Below, piece after piece: positions 48,041 to 58,835 of a stretch of DNA of 64,000 nt (within the stretch, counting starts at the first letter, position 1; every line of letters begins with the position of its first letter). This stretch comes from Candidatus Sumerlaeaceae bacterium. GTDB lineage: Bacteria; Sumerlaeota; Sumerlaeia; Sumerlaeales; Sumerlaeaceae. The notes under the pieces were generated by a model that did not search any database, had not been told where the DNA came from, and worked only from the letters and a program-made list of their open reading frames with translations. The translations under genes and the position numbers were made by a program. The stretch covers positions 142,052 to 206,051 of the forward strand of contig JAOAAY010000001.1 in assembly GCA_026418615.1 (NCBI GenBank), given 5' to 3'.

Positions 48041-50098
48041 ATGGCTGGTCAAGGCGATTTCGAACTGTTCTCAACGGAGTCGGTGTTTCAGGAGGGGCTT
48101 GACCTGCTGGAGGCCGACCACTTTGAGGAGGCGCTGCGGTCCTTTGATTATGTGATCGGCCGCCAGCCCGGCCACGCCGACGCCTTTTTTCACCGCGGTA
48201 TCGCGCTGGTCAACCTCGGGCGCCGCACAGAGGGCATGGCTTCTTTCCGCCATGCTGCGGAACTCTGCCCCACCGAGTCGGCTTACCACAGCCATTACGG
48301 TTATACCCTGTTGATCGCCGGCCAAGTGGATGACGCCATCGAACAGTTTGAATTGGCCCTTGGCCTGACGCCGGATGATCCACAAAACAAGATTTATCTG
48401 GCCTGCGCGCTGGTCGAGAAGCGGCAACTGGGGCGCGCCCGCTCGTTGTTGGAGGAAGTGCTCGCCCAGCATCCCGACAATATCGAAGCCCTGCGCCAGC
48501 ACTCGGCATTGGTGGCCATGCTGGGCGATGGGGAAACGGCACTGCGCGGTTTCCAACAAATTCTTAGCCAGCGGCCAAACGATCTTGATACCTTGCGGCG
48601 GCTTGCAGACTTGCATCAGGAGGCCAATCGGCGCGGGGAGGCCATCCGGGCGTTGCGCCAAATAGTGGCCATTGACCCGTCCGCCGCGGATGACTGGGTG
48701 GCTTTGGTGCGATTATGCGTCGAGACAGGCAACCGTGCTGCGGTGGTGGCGCATGTCACCGAGGCCATCGCGATGGGGATCCGCGATGCGGAACTGTACA
48801 TGCACCGGGGGCGCGCCTACCTCGAACAGCGGCGCGTGGATCTCGCCATCACGGATTTGCGCCACGCCCGCGACCTCGACGACCAGTCCGTCGGCATCCA
48901 TTACTGGCTGGCCCGCGCCTATGTGGAGGCCGGACGGTTGAGGCAGGCGCTTTATTGCGCGGGCAGGGCCCTGCAGATCGCCCCGCGCGACCGCCGTGTC
49001 ATCCTGCTCAAATCCCAAGTTCACCGCCAGTTGGGCGAGCACGAGAGCGAGTACCAGTATCTGAAAACGCTGCAGGCCAACCAGCCGCTCAATTTTGAGA
49101 TCACCCGCCTGCTCGTACGCAATTACCTCGCGCGTCACAAGCCGGGTGCGGCCTTGGCCACGGTCGACGCCTTCCTGCACCGTAAGCCGAACCACATCGG
49201 CGCACTGCTGTTGTGCGCTGAACTGAGCGAGACCCACGGCGACCCGGCGCAAGCCCGGTGGTGTTATCGTCAGGTCATCCGGCAACCTCGCGCCGAGGCC
49301 AGTGCCTACGCAGCATTCGCAGATTTTCTGATCCGCCAGTCCGATGCACCGGCTGCGGCCGAACTGCTGGAGACGGCCGCGGGGTTGTTTCCCGCCAACT
49401 TTGCCATTCTGCTGCGACGCGCTGAAGTCCTTCAGCGGCTGGGATGTTTCGACGAGTCCGTAGCGATCCTCGAGGACGCGCTGCGCGAGCAGCGTCCCAC
49501 CGCCGACATGTATTGGTTGCTCGGAAAAGGGCTGTACGCGCAGCAACGCTACGAGGAGGCGCTGGACGCGTTTCAAGACGCCCGCGCTGCAGAGACGCGG
49601 TGCAACGGCACGGCCGCTCCGTCTTTCCGATGCCTTGTTGCGGAAGTTTGCACGCTTCACCACCTCGGACGCACCGCTGACGGCGTGCGCCTTCTGGAGC
49701 AGCACCTCGGGCAATTCGAGCGCTTCGAGCGCGAGTGCCACGAGTTGCTTGGCGAACTCTATGAGCAAATGAACCAGCCGGCACGCGCCCGCCAGCATTA
49801 CGAACAATCCATCGAGAAGTTTGGCGAATCGGCTGTGGTGCGTTACCGACTCGCCCGGTGCGCCGCAGTCCTGGACCAGAAGGCTCAGGCTCTGCATCAC
49901 CTCTCACTGGCCATCGCTCACGAGCCGGCATTGGCTGACGCGGCCGCCACCGAACCCGCGTTTCAACGATATGTCCTGAGCCTGTCCATGCAGCGCCTCT
50001 TGGGATATCGCTTCCTTCGGCGTCATGCGGCTGTGGTGGCCGGACTGGCCGCCGTCGCTTTGGCGGCCATCGCCGCCGTTTGGTTTGTCACGCGCTGA
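48041..50098 (+). CDS. Multi-TPR protein with C-terminal TM anchor
   Basis: Continuous TPR-like helical repeats; YRLARC...AL..L..AI...A..EPAF end-of-TPR motif; terminal hydrophobic helix. Confidence 0.85.
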   Translation: MAGQGDFELFSTESVFQEGLDLLEADHFEEALRSFDYVIGRQPGHADAFFHRGIALVNLGRRTEGMASFRHAAELCPTESAYHSHYGYTLLIAGQVDDAIEQFELALGLTPDDPQNKIYLACALVEKRQLGRARSLLEEVLAQHPDNIEALRQHSALVAMLGDGETALRGFQQILSQRPNDLDTLRRLADLHQEANRRGEAIRALRQIVAIDPSAADDWVALVRLCVETGNRAAVVAHVTEAIAMGIRDAELYMHRGRAYLEQRRVDLAITDLRHARDLDDQSVGIHYWLARAYVEAGRLRQALYCAGRALQIAPRDRRVILLKSQVHRQLGEHESEYQYLKTLQANQPLNFEITRLLVRNYLARHKPGAALATVDAFLHRKPNHIGALLLCAELSETHGDPAQARWCYRQVIRQPRAEASAYAAFADFLIRQSDAPAAAELLETAAGLFPANFAILLRRAEVLQRLGCFDESVAILEDALREQRPTADMYWLLGKGLYAQQRYEEALDAFQDARAAETRCNGTAAPSFRCLVAEVCTLHHLGRTADGVRLLEQHLGQFERFERECHELLGELYEQMNQPARARQHYEQSIEKFGESAVVRYRLARCAAVLDQKAQALHHLSLAIAHEPALADAAATEPAFQRYVLSLSMQRLLGYRFLRRHAAVVAGLAAVALAAIAAVWFVTR

Positions 50099-50170
50099 AA
50101 GGGCGCACCGCGGGTTTTTCCGTTGCATGACGGGGCCGCGCAGCGAAATTGGCGCGCGGCAGGTTGACAG

Positions 50171-51223
50171 ATGAGCACATCCTTCACCGTGAACGCAGCG
50201 TTGGTCGCCATCGCCCTGTGGGGATTGGCCCTCTTCGGGGTCGGACGCATCCGCAACAGTCGGGTTCGCGAGAATCTCGAGGCCTATCTGTACCTTCTGC
50301 CCGCGGCGTCTGTCCTGCTGGTTTTCTGGTTCATCCCCGTCGTGCTCTCCATCATCATTTCCTTCACGGACTGGCAGGGGGCTTCGCGTTTCAGCACGGT
50401 GAGGTGGGTCGGAGCCGCCAATTACATACGGGCGGCCGGCGACGAGGCTTTCCACAAAGTTCTGTATAACACAATCAATTATGTCATTTACAGCGTTCCG
50501 TTGACGCTTCTCGGCGCCCTCGGTGTGGCGATGGTCATGAACTCCAACATCCGGGGCCGGAATGTGTTCCGCACCATCTACTTCCTGCCATTCATCACCA
50601 CATGGGTCGCGGTGTCAGTTGTTTTCCGGTATGTGTTCAACGAGAGTTTTGGTCTCGCCAATTACATCCTTCACTCGCTCCATCTGCCCGGGTTTGGCTG
50701 GCTCAGCGAGCCGCGAGGCATTTTCGAAATGTTCCTGCGCGGCGCGCTCGGCATTCCCCTGCCAGACAAATTGCATCCGCTGCTCGCAGGTCCGTCGCTG
50801 GCCATGTTTACTATTATCCTGACCTCCGTCTGGCGCGACATCGGGTATTTCATGGTCATCTTTCTCGCCGGCCTGCAGAACATTGACCGCAGTTACTACG
50901 AGGCGTCGGAAATTGACGGCGCCAGCCGCTGGCAGCAGTTCCGGCACATCACCTGGCCGCTGCTCTCGCCGACAACCTTTTTCATCCTGATCATCTCGAT
51001 GATCGGGGCGTTCAAAGTGTTTGTGCCCATGTTTATCATGACTCCCAACGGCGGGCCCGACCGGACGACGGAATCCCTTGTGTTTTTCCTCTACAAGGTG
51101 GCGTTCGCCATCGACAAGGACATGGGGTACGCGTCGGCCATTGCCTATATTTTGTTCGGCATCATCCTCGCCTTGACGCTCATCCAGAATCGCGTTTTCG
51201 GGCGGCGGGTCCACTATACATGA
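50171..51223 (+). CDS. Carbohydrate ABC transporter permease (MalF/UgpA-like)
   Basis: FRTIYFLP and the EAA loop YEASEIDGA; GYASAIA. Confidence 0.9.
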   Translation: MSTSFTVNAALVAIALWGLALFGVGRIRNSRVRENLEAYLYLLPAASVLLVFWFIPVVLSIIISFTDWQGASRFSTVRWVGAANYIRAAGDEAFHKVLYNTINYVIYSVPLTLLGALGVAMVMNSNIRGRNVFRTIYFLPFITTWVAVSVVFRYVFNESFGLANYILHSLHLPGFGWLSEPRGIFEMFLRGALGIPLPDKLHPLLAGPSLAMFTIILTSVWRDIGYFMVIFLAGLQNIDRSYYEASEIDGASRWQQFRHITWPLLSPTTFFILIISMIGAFKVFVPMFIMTPNGGPDRTTESLVFFLYKVAFAIDKDMGYASAIAYILFGIILALTLIQNRVFGRRVHYT

Positions 51224-52203
51224 ACCCCATGCGGATCCTGCTGATCGTGTGCATGGCAGGGCTTGCTTCTTGGTCTGCGGCGGCAGCCGAAATCCGGTGG
51301 GAGACCCGGCCGTGGGGGGAGATCGGCACGGCCCCTCTGGCGACCGCTCCCTTTCCCGATGACAGTCGCACGACGGGCTTTACCAACCGCCGCGGCCAGT
51401 CGTTCCCCCGCGAGGGACACTACGATGACCCGACCGTGGCGTTCTGCATTCCCAACGGATTCCGGCCGGGCACAAGCCCGGATTTTATCGTACATTTTCA
51501 TGGTCACGGAAATACGGCTACGAGTTGCGTGGTTCAGTTCCGGCTGGGCGAGCAACTGGAGGCCAGCGGACGCAACGCGATTCTGATTGTGCCGCAGGGT
51601 CCGCGCATGGCCCCGGACAGCGGCGGCGGAAAACTGGAAAAGGCGGGCGGCTTTGCCGCATTCATGGACGAGGCCCTTCAGTGCCTCGTGGCAGCCGGCC
51701 GACTACCGGCCGAGGCCAGCCCCCGGCACATTATCCTCAGCGCCCACAGCGGCGGATACCGGGTGACAGCAATGATTCTCGAGCGCGGCGGACTGACCGG
51801 GAAGATCCGCGAGGCATGGTTGTTTGATGCCGCCTACGCCCAGTGGGACGAACTGGCACGGCCCTTTGCGACGCCCGACAGCGGCAGACGCCTGCGCAGC
51901 ATCTTCACCGATCATCTCGCGGTCGCCAATCTGCAACTCATGAGCCGACTCACCCTGCGCGGCGCGCCTGTTGCGGTTGTCCGCGACGACCACCTGAGCA
52001 CCGCCGGCGTGACACCAGCCGCATTCGCCGAATTCGCGTTTCATAGCGCCGAGGCCAAGCCCGGCGAGGATGAACTGCCGCACCTGCTCCGCCGTCATCC
52101 AAATCTTTTTATGTACACCGTCCTGTCCCACAACGACCTGGTCATGGAGGCTCGCTACTTCGAACTGTTTGCGCGCGAGTCGCCAAACCTTGCCCCGCGC
52201 TGA
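51220..52203 (+). CDS. Secreted alpha/beta-hydrolase-like protein
   Basis: Signal peptide; HFHGH, nucleophile-elbow SAHSGG, LFDAAY, late His; ATGA overlap with the permease. Confidence 0.6.
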   Translation: MNPMRILLIVCMAGLASWSAAAAEIRWETRPWGEIGTAPLATAPFPDDSRTTGFTNRRGQSFPREGHYDDPTVAFCIPNGFRPGTSPDFIVHFHGHGNTATSCVVQFRLGEQLEASGRNAILIVPQGPRMAPDSGGGKLEKAGGFAAFMDEALQCLVAAGRLPAEASPRHIILSAHSGGYRVTAMILERGGLTGKIREAWLFDAAYAQWDELARPFATPDSGRRLRSIFTDHLAVANLQLMSRLTLRGAPVAVVRDDHLSTAGVTPAAFAEFAFHSAEAKPGEDELPHLLRRHPNLFMYTVLSHNDLVMEARYFELFARESPNLAPR

Positions 52204-52209
52204 CCGGAA

Positions 52210-53517
52210 TCAGACTTCCTCGCTCTCCGCGACTGGCAGACTGATCTCGACCGTAGTCCCCTGTCCCGGTTTGCTGCTGATGGCGATACTGCCCCCATGG
52301 GCTTCAATGATCCGACGCGTAATCGAAAGCCCAAGTCCCGTTCCGGTATGGCGAGTGGTGAAGAACGGGTCAAACACACGGCTGATGTCCTCGCTTTTGA
52401 TTCCGCAGCCCGTGTCCGACACCCTCTGCCGAACCACAGCCCGCTCCGGATCCGTCTCCAGTTCCACCCGGATGGTTCCACCGTTTTCGCCCAAAGCGTC
52501 GCGGGCATTCATGTAAATATTGAGCAATGCTTGTTTGATCTGGTTGCGGTCCATGCGGACAGGCGGTAGGGCGTCGGCAAAAACGCGCTCCACGCGCACC
52601 TTGTTGGTGTCTGCACGGTGGAACAAAAAGTTCAGCACCTCGTTGTTCAATTCGGCCATGTCGGCGGATTCGCTGGCAGGCGAGGCCGGACGCGCGTAAT
52701 TGAGCAATTCCTCGACGATCTGCTTGCAACGCTGGGACTCGCGGTGGATTGTTTCAAAATCCCCGATTCGCGGATCGCTCGGGTCAGCCCCCCGCTTGAG
52801 AAACTCCGCATAAGCGGAAATGATGCCAATCGGGTTGTTGATCTCGTGCGCAACTCCCGCGGCCAGTTGGCCCAACACGGCGAGGTTCTCCGACCGCACC
52901 AGATTTTCCCGCGCACGCAAGATTTCCGCCTTTTGCCGGCTGATGATCTCGACAATGAACCAGGACATGAGGATCACGAGCCACACAAACACGATCCGGA
53001 TCATGTTGTTGCGCGCCTCATGCGGCGAAACGGCCGCCTCTTGCCACATGACACTGGTGATAAAAATAACGCCGATGACCGTGTTGGCCATCAGGTTGGC
53101 CCGAGCGGTGCGAAAAAGCGCAAATCCGCGCAAAATCAGCAGGAAATAAAATACATAGAAATCCGTCGAGGCGCCCTCGTAAGACGGATAAACCCGCGAA
53201 TCGAGCAGAACCAGCAGGGTTACGAACACGACATCCACGCAATAGGATGCAACACACAGCGGGCGCACCTGACCGAGCCCGATGTGAGACAGATAGAGGA
53301 AGTAACTCTGCCCGAGGTTCCACATGGAGTAAAAGACAAACAGGGCAAATACGGGCACCGGCATGGGCCAGGCATTCGGCCTGCTCAGAATCCAAAAGAC
53401 GAGCGCCGTGATCAGGATCGCCCACTTCAGCGGCAGGATGGCGCGCCGTTCCACGCCGCGCAGCCAAAACCGAAACTCGCGTTCCTCTGCATCTATGGCT
53501 TGGGATTTGTCAGGCAC
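52210..53517 (-). CDS. Polytopic membrane sensor histidine kinase
   Basis: About 5-6 TMs; AHEINNPI, NARDA, DTGCG, GTGLGL. GTG start with GGAG RBS. Confidence 0.9.
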   Translation of the reverse strand: MPDKSQAIDAEEREFRFWLRGVERRAILPLKWAILITALVFWILSRPNAWPMPVPVFALFVFYSMWNLGQSYFLYLSHIGLGQVRPLCVASYCVDVVFVTLLVLLDSRVYPSYEGASTDFYVFYFLLILRGFALFRTARANLMANTVIGVIFITSVMWQEAAVSPHEARNNMIRIVFVWLVILMSWFIVEIISRQKAEILRARENLVRSENLAVLGQLAAGVAHEINNPIGIISAYAEFLKRGADPSDPRIGDFETIHRESQRCKQIVEELLNYARPASPASESADMAELNNEVLNFLFHRADTNKVRVERVFADALPPVRMDRNQIKQALLNIYMNARDALGENGGTIRVELETDPERAVVRQRVSDTGCGIKSEDISRVFDPFFTTRHTGTGLGLSITRRIIEAHGGSIAISSKPGQGTTVEISLPVAESEEV

Positions 53518-53549
53518 ACCCGGCACTCCGGCTGGGGTGCCCGCCAAAG

Positions 53550-54629
53550 TCAAACACGGGCCGCGCCTCCGCGCCGCCAAATGCCGGGGATGACCTCGCC
53601 GCACCCCGGGCAGGCTCCGTCGCGTGTCAATTCATTCGACAATACCCGGAAGCCAAACCGCTTGATGAGGGTCCGCGAACACCGCGGGCACAGTGTGTTT
53701 TCAAGTTCCCCCACGCGGCCCGGAAGGTTGCCTGCGTAGACATACCGCAGCCCCGCCTCACGCCCGATGGCGGCTGCGTCGGCCAGCATGTCCGCCGAGG
53801 TGCGCCGACGATCGCGCATCTTGTAATCCTCGTGAAACGCCGTCACATGCCACGGAATGTCCACCGAGACAGACGCCACAAAACGGGTCAGTTCGCGGAT
53901 CTCACGCGGGCTATCGTTGAAACCCGGCACCAAGAGCGTGACGATCTCGACCCAGAACCCCCGCTCCTTCAGCATGACAATCGTATCGCATACGGTCGCC
54001 AGAACGCCGCCCAGCCGGCGATAATTGGCGTCGTCAAACCCTTTTAGATCCACCTTGTAAGCGTCCATCCATGGGCGCAGGTAGTCCAGCACGCGCGCCG
54101 TGGCGTTGCCATTGGAGACGAAGGTGCACAGAAGACGCTGAGCCTTTGCCAATCGGAACACTTCGACGGCCCACTCCGCCGTAATGAGCGGCTCATTGTA
54201 GGTGCTGGCGATGACCTCGGCCCCGTGCTGGATTGCCAACTCCACAATGTGTGAGGCCGAGACATCGCGCGGCGGACTGATCGCCATGGGATCGCGCAGG
54301 GCCTGCGAGGTGACCCAGTTCTGACAGTACGAGCAGTGCAAGTCGCAGCCCAGCATGCCGAAACTGAGAGCCTCGCTGCCGGGCAGGACATGGAAGAACG
54401 GCTTTTTTTCGATCGGATCGCAGGCCAAGCCGGCCACATAACCCCGCGGTACGAGCAGGCGGCCACCCTCGTTGAAGCGCACCTTGCACACCCCCGCCCG
54501 TCCCGGCGCAATCAGACAGCGGTGACCGCATGCGTGGCAGCGAACGCGGCCGCGATCCAGCGCGTCCACTAATTCTACGGCGGCTTCACCGGTGCGTTCT
54601 TTTAGTGCCTGCTCCAGTGTCGGTGCCAT
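53550..54629 (-). CDS. amrS: AmmeMemoRadiSam system radical SAM enzyme
   Basis: N-terminal CHACGHRC..CKVR, DPIEKKP, CDLHCSYCQN, TYNEP, and C-terminal CPRC...CPGC. Confidence 0.88.
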   Translation of the reverse strand: MAPTLEQALKERTGEAAVELVDALDRGRVRCHACGHRCLIAPGRAGVCKVRFNEGGRLLVPRGYVAGLACDPIEKKPFFHVLPGSEALSFGMLGCDLHCSYCQNWVTSQALRDPMAISPPRDVSASHIVELAIQHGAEVIASTYNEPLITAEWAVEVFRLAKAQRLLCTFVSNGNATARVLDYLRPWMDAYKVDLKGFDDANYRRLGGVLATVCDTIVMLKERGFWVEIVTLLVPGFNDSPREIRELTRFVASVSVDIPWHVTAFHEDYKMRDRRRTSADMLADAAAIGREAGLRYVYAGNLPGRVGELENTLCPRCSRTLIKRFGFRVLSNELTRDGACPGCGEVIPGIWRRGGAARV

Positions 54630-54768
54630 ATGTGATTACCATCCGGCATACAGGGTGCTCCATGCACCCCTTCGTCGTCAACCTCCGTCGCAACGGTGGA
54701 TCTTGAATAAACGAAAGAACGGCCGCTTATGAGGCTCATCGGAGTTTAGGTTCTCTCCGACAGATTCC

Positions 54769-55926
54769 ATGGCCAAACGCGACTACTACGAAATACTGGG
54801 TGTTTCCCGCAATGCCTCGCTTGACGAGATCAAGAAGGCGTACCGCCGCGTTGCCAAACAGTACCACCCAGATAAGAATCCCAACAATCCCGAGGCCGAA
54901 GCCCGGTTCAAGGAAGCCTGCGAGGCCTACGAGGTTCTCAGCGATCCGGAAAAGCGCTCCAACTATGACCGATTCGGCCATGAGGGCGTGAAGTTCGGGC
55001 GCGGCGGCTTCTCTTACGAAAACTTCACCCATTTTGCGGACTTTGAGGATATTCTCGGGTCGTTTTTTGGCGGAATGTTTGGCGCCGCGGGGGGTGGCGG
55101 CCGCGGGCGGCGTCGTCGGGGGCCGGAACCCGGTCGCGATCTGAAGGTTTCCGTCACCATTGACCTCGAGGATGCCGTTCACGGCAAAGAAGTGGAACTC
55201 GCCCTGACCCGCCTCGAGGCCTGTGAAGACTGTCATGGCACGGGTGCCAAACCGGGGACTCACAGCGTGCGCTGTCCCCAGTGCCAAGGCCACGGCGCCG
55301 TGCGCATGCAGCAGGGATTCTTCAGCATTACCACATCGTGCAGCCGCTGCGACGGGACCGGCGAGGTGGTGGACAATCCCTGCGCGACCTGCCTCGGTCG
55401 CGGGCGTGTCAATGTGAAGAGCCGTGTCAAAGTGCGGATCCCCAAGGGCGTGGACAACGGCACCCTTGTTCGCGTGTCTGGGGAGGGCGAAGCCGGGCCA
55501 CGCAACGGGCCGCGCGGAAATCTCTATGTCGAAATCAGCGTCCGCCCGCACGACAGTTTTCAGCGCGAGGGCGACGATCTCATCATGCCCCTGCCCATCA
55601 GTTTCTCTCAGGCCGCCCTTGGCGACGAGGTGGAGATCCAAACCTTCTATGGTCCGGAGACGCTCACCATCCCGCCGGGCACGCAAACCGGCACCCGCTT
55701 CCGCATTCGCGGCAAAGGAATGCCGCGCACCTCGGATGCGCGCACCCATGGCGATCTGATCATCTATGTTGTCGTCAAGACACCCACCAACTTGACCGAA
55801 CGCGAGCGCGAGTTATTCCGGGAACTGGCCGAGATCAATAACGAGCGAATCAGTGCGGGAAAAGGGTTTTTCGAGACCCTGAAGGATGGCATTCGCGAAC
55901 TCAAACGCGAATACTTCGGGGAATAA
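54769..55926 (+). CDS. dnaJ: Chaperone DnaJ
   Basis: J domain HPD, G/F region, four CxxCxGxG repeats. Confidence 0.96.
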   Translation: MAKRDYYEILGVSRNASLDEIKKAYRRVAKQYHPDKNPNNPEAEARFKEACEAYEVLSDPEKRSNYDRFGHEGVKFGRGGFSYENFTHFADFEDILGSFFGGMFGAAGGGGRGRRRRGPEPGRDLKVSVTIDLEDAVHGKEVELALTRLEACEDCHGTGAKPGTHSVRCPQCQGHGAVRMQQGFFSITTSCSRCDGTGEVVDNPCATCLGRGRVNVKSRVKVRIPKGVDNGTLVRVSGEGEAGPRNGPRGNLYVEISVRPHDSFQREGDDLIMPLPISFSQAALGDEVEIQTFYGPETLTIPPGTQTGTRFRIRGKGMPRTSDARTHGDLIIYVVVKTPTNLTERERELFRELAEINNERISAGKGFFETLKDGIRELKREYFGE

Positions 55927-55927
55927 G

Positions 55928-56278
55928 ATGAAGCCTGACGGCCGCAACATTGACTCTGACTCTTCGCGTTTGGTGTATTCGACAGACTTGGGCGATCTGC
56001 GAAAAGCAACCCCGCCCAAGAGTGTCGCCGCGCCCCCAGCGTCGCCAAATGCAGCCGCCGCAGTGCTGCGCCTCGAAACCAAAGGTCGCCGGGGCAAAGC
56101 CGTGACGCGCATCTCCCGACTCGGACTCAACCCCGCTGCTCTTCAGGATCTGTGCCGGAACCTCAAAACGCATTGCGGCGCTGGCGGAACCGTCGAGGAT
56201 GCCGACATTCTCATTCAAGGCGACCACCGCGAGAAAATTGCCGCCTTTCTCCGCCACTGCGGCCACAAGGTGAAGTAA
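55928..56278 (+). CDS. yciH: SUI1/YciH translation factor
   Basis: LVYSTD, KGRRGK.VT, CGAGGTV, IQGDH. Confidence 0.88.
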   Translation: MKPDGRNIDSDSSRLVYSTDLGDLRKATPPKSVAAPPASPNAAAAVLRLETKGRRGKAVTRISRLGLNPAALQDLCRNLKTHCGAGGTVEDADILIQGDHREKIAAFLRHCGHKVK

Positions 56279-56512
56279 CCCGCGTCGTTCGCGTCATGCC
56301 CTCGCTCGGCTGGCTTGGCGGACACTCTCCATGCCGGCAGCCGCGAGGGTCCCCGAGGCCATGTCGTGTCACCGCTTGGTACCTTGGTGGTCGGATCCCT
56401 CAATCGCGGCTGGGAACTGTGAGAGGCGATTCGGCGTCGGGCAGCATCTTTCAGCCGAAGGTCTTGCTACACGCTTGCATGCCCTGTGTCGCGATGCGGT
56501 AGTGCTCAATCC

Positions 56513-57361
56513 ATGACATCAAGAATCGCCCTCACCTTTGAACGCGCCCATGCCCAAGGCGAACGGGCGTTGATTCCTTACCTGACCGCTGGATTCCCGC
56601 GGCTGTCGGAAACCGTCGGGTTGCTTCGGGCGCTGGAGCGTGGCGGCGCCGACATCATCGAACTGGGCGTTCCGTTCAGCGACCCTATCGCCGATGGCCC
56701 CACCATTCAGGCATCGTGCGCCGAGTCGCTGCTCCAAGGCACGACCCTTGCCGCTGTGCTCGAAATGGTTCGCGAGTTTCGCCGCGAGTCGCAAGTCCCG
56801 ATCGTCTTATTCGGAGCCTACAACCCGTTTCTCCGCTACGGCCTCGAGCGACTCGCCCATGACGCATCGGCGGCTGGGGCGGACGCCCTTCTCATCCCTG
56901 ACCTCCCCGTTGACGAGGGCGAGGAGGCCGCTGCCATCATTCGCGGCTCAGGTTTGGATCTCGTGTTCCTTGTCGCCCCTACGACGCCGCTCGAGCGCAA
57001 GCGGCTCATTTGCTCAAAAACCAGCGGATTTGTCTATTACATATCTGTAAAGGGTGTGACCGGCGCGCGCGAGTCCATCACCTTCGAGTTGGAGCAGCCG
57101 CTCGCTGAGTTGCGCAGCGTTACCACCCTGCCCATTGCTGTCGGTTTCGGTATTGCCACTCCAGCCCAAGCGGCTGCAGTCGGTCGGCTGGCGGACGGAG
57201 TGATCGTCGGAAGCGCGCTGGTAAAATTGGTGGGAGAACATGCAGGGTCACCTGACCTGCCGGCCAAGGTGGAACAATACATGAGAGCAATGAAAGAGCC
57301 GCTCCGCGGATCAAGCAGCCCCGCAGCCCTGACGCAACCGCTGGACAAGCCAACCTCATAG
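56513..57361 (+). CDS. trpA: Tryptophan synthase alpha chain
   Basis: ELGVPFSDPIADGPTIQ, PDLP, GVTG, VGFGI, GVIVGSA. Confidence 0.96.
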   Translation: MTSRIALTFERAHAQGERALIPYLTAGFPRLSETVGLLRALERGGADIIELGVPFSDPIADGPTIQASCAESLLQGTTLAAVLEMVREFRRESQVPIVLFGAYNPFLRYGLERLAHDASAAGADALLIPDLPVDEGEEAAAIIRGSGLDLVFLVAPTTPLERKRLICSKTSGFVYYISVKGVTGARESITFELEQPLAELRSVTTLPIAVGFGIATPAQAAAVGRLADGVIVGSALVKLVGEHAGSPDLPAKVEQYMRAMKEPLRGSSSPAALTQPLDKPTS

Positions 57362-57378
57362 GAGGAGATAACTCGCCA

Positions 57379-57903
57379 ATGTTGATGTTGGCCCTGATCC
57401 AGTTGGCGGCTGCCGGAACAGCCGTTTGGGCTTCGGTTTTAGCCTTGCGGCGTCGAGGCGATAGCGGTGTGCCCGGCCCACTGCGCCTCGCCATTTTGCT
57501 AACTGCTAGTATTTCGATTCTGGCGGCCATGATCACAGTCGGTTCGGTGATTCAGGAAAAAACGGGAGTCGCGATGAGCCTGCCCTCCAATGCCAAAGCG
57601 CGGGCTCGGCAATGGCTAACGCAGCATGCAGCCCAACCGCCCGCTCCTCGCGAAGTCGGACGCAACATTCGAATCATCGCCGATGGAATCGCGTTTTATG
57701 AGGCACACGCCGCCAGTTTTCCGCTCGATTTGCGCGCGCGCATGCAAGAGTACGCCCGACTGCCGGAGCAACCTAAGAGACTGCTGACCCCGTCGGAGGA
57801 GAACCGATATTATCAAGCGGCTGTCGGAGTCATCCAAGCGATCAGCGCCGTGGCAAACGACAACGACGCGCCTGACTCGATGCCAGCCGGCAAGACGCCT
57901 TGA
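57379..57903 (+). CDS. Hypothetical membrane protein (2 N-terminal TMs)
   Basis: AGGAG RBS right after trpA; two hydrophobic segments. Confidence 0.6.
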   Translation: MLMLALIQLAAAGTAVWASVLALRRRGDSGVPGPLRLAILLTASISILAAMITVGSVIQEKTGVAMSLPSNAKARARQWLTQHAAQPPAPREVGRNIRIIADGIAFYEAHAASFPLDLRARMQEYARLPEQPKRLLTPSEENRYYQAAVGVIQAISAVANDNDAPDSMPAGKTP

Positions 57904-57944
57904 GGCTCCAACCGCCGCAGTAATGAAGCGATCGAAGGCCGGCG

Positions 57945-58715
57945 TTAGCCTTCGCGCCCTATGATCTCCATGCGCACTCTCGCCAGCCCGCTGCTCACCA
58001 TGCCGATCTGAGCCGCAGCGCCCTTGGAAAGATCAATAATGCGTCCTTTGATATAAGGGCCTCGATTGTTAATCCGCACGATCACATCGCGACCGTTGCG
58101 AAGATTGGTCACCTTGACCAAGGTGCCAAATGGCAGAGTGCGGTGCGCTGCGGTGAAAGAGTACATGTCGTAGCGTTCCCCGCTGGCTGTCGGCCCCCCG
58201 TGAAAGTCCGGACCGTACCACGAGGCCGTTCCTTCCATGACCGGCCCGGCTGGCTGGGTCGGCGCGGCCGGCGGCGCGGCCGGCTGACTGCGGCGGGATA
58301 AAAAGCGCCTCAGCCCTCCGAAAACTCCCGTGCGGGTCGCCCCCGCTTGAGCCACTGTATGCTGGACTGCTGGCGGAGTCGCGCTAACACGCTGTTGCGA
58401 GGAATACGCTGTCGCCGCCCGAGAGGCTTCGGCGGATCGGCGGAAATAGCCGGAGCGCCGGGAGGGCGTCGAGAAAGACGGATATTGATACCCGCCGTGG
58501 CCGAGCGAGACCGACTGCACCTGATACGCGTCTCCGGCCGGTTGCGACCACCATTGGCGACCTTGATGAACCGTCGGTGAACCAGAGGTGGCTTGCCACG
58601 AACTGCTCCATCCCACCGGTCGTTGCGCATACAAGGGAGCGGCGAAAACACCGCTGAAAAACAAGGCCGCCAGAAACTTCGAGGCGTGGCCCATCTGGCT
58701 ATGTGAGGTTGCCAT
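57945..58715 (-). CDS. RlpA-family (DPBB) lytic transglycosylase
   Basis: [38 protein letters not shown]; signal peptide and low-complexity linker. Confidence 0.9.
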   Translation of the reverse strand: MATSHSQMGHASKFLAALFFSGVFAAPLYAQRPVGWSSSWQATSGSPTVHQGRQWWSQPAGDAYQVQSVSLGHGGYQYPSFSTPSRRSGYFRRSAEASRAATAYSSQQRVSATPPAVQHTVAQAGATRTGVFGGLRRFLSRRSQPAAPPAAPTQPAGPVMEGTASWYGPDFHGGPTASGERYDMYSFTAAHRTLPFGTLVKVTNLRNGRDVIVRINNRGPYIKGRIIDLSKGAAAQIGMVSSGLARVRMEIIGREG

Positions 58716-58835
58716 TCCGGGTCCTCCACTTTACGCTGGATCATAAAGTTGGTCGTGGGCTAACCACTGACAAACGCCGCGTAAAGAAAAAAAGTGAGCC
58801 ATTCTATTCACTTATTTATGTTTTTGATATAAGTT

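Noticed and set aside
54680..54768. CIRCE or sigma32 element upstream of dnaJ
   Set aside because: No TTAGCACTC-N9-GAGTGCTAA is present; CTTGAA is there but the -10 match is poor.
56279..56512. Possible trp attenuator or riboswitch upstream of trpA (hairpin CCCTCG..CGGCTG/CAGCCG.CGAGGG)
   Set aside because: There is no tandem-Trp leader peptide, T-box motif or U-tract, and such a hairpin is expected by chance at this GC content.
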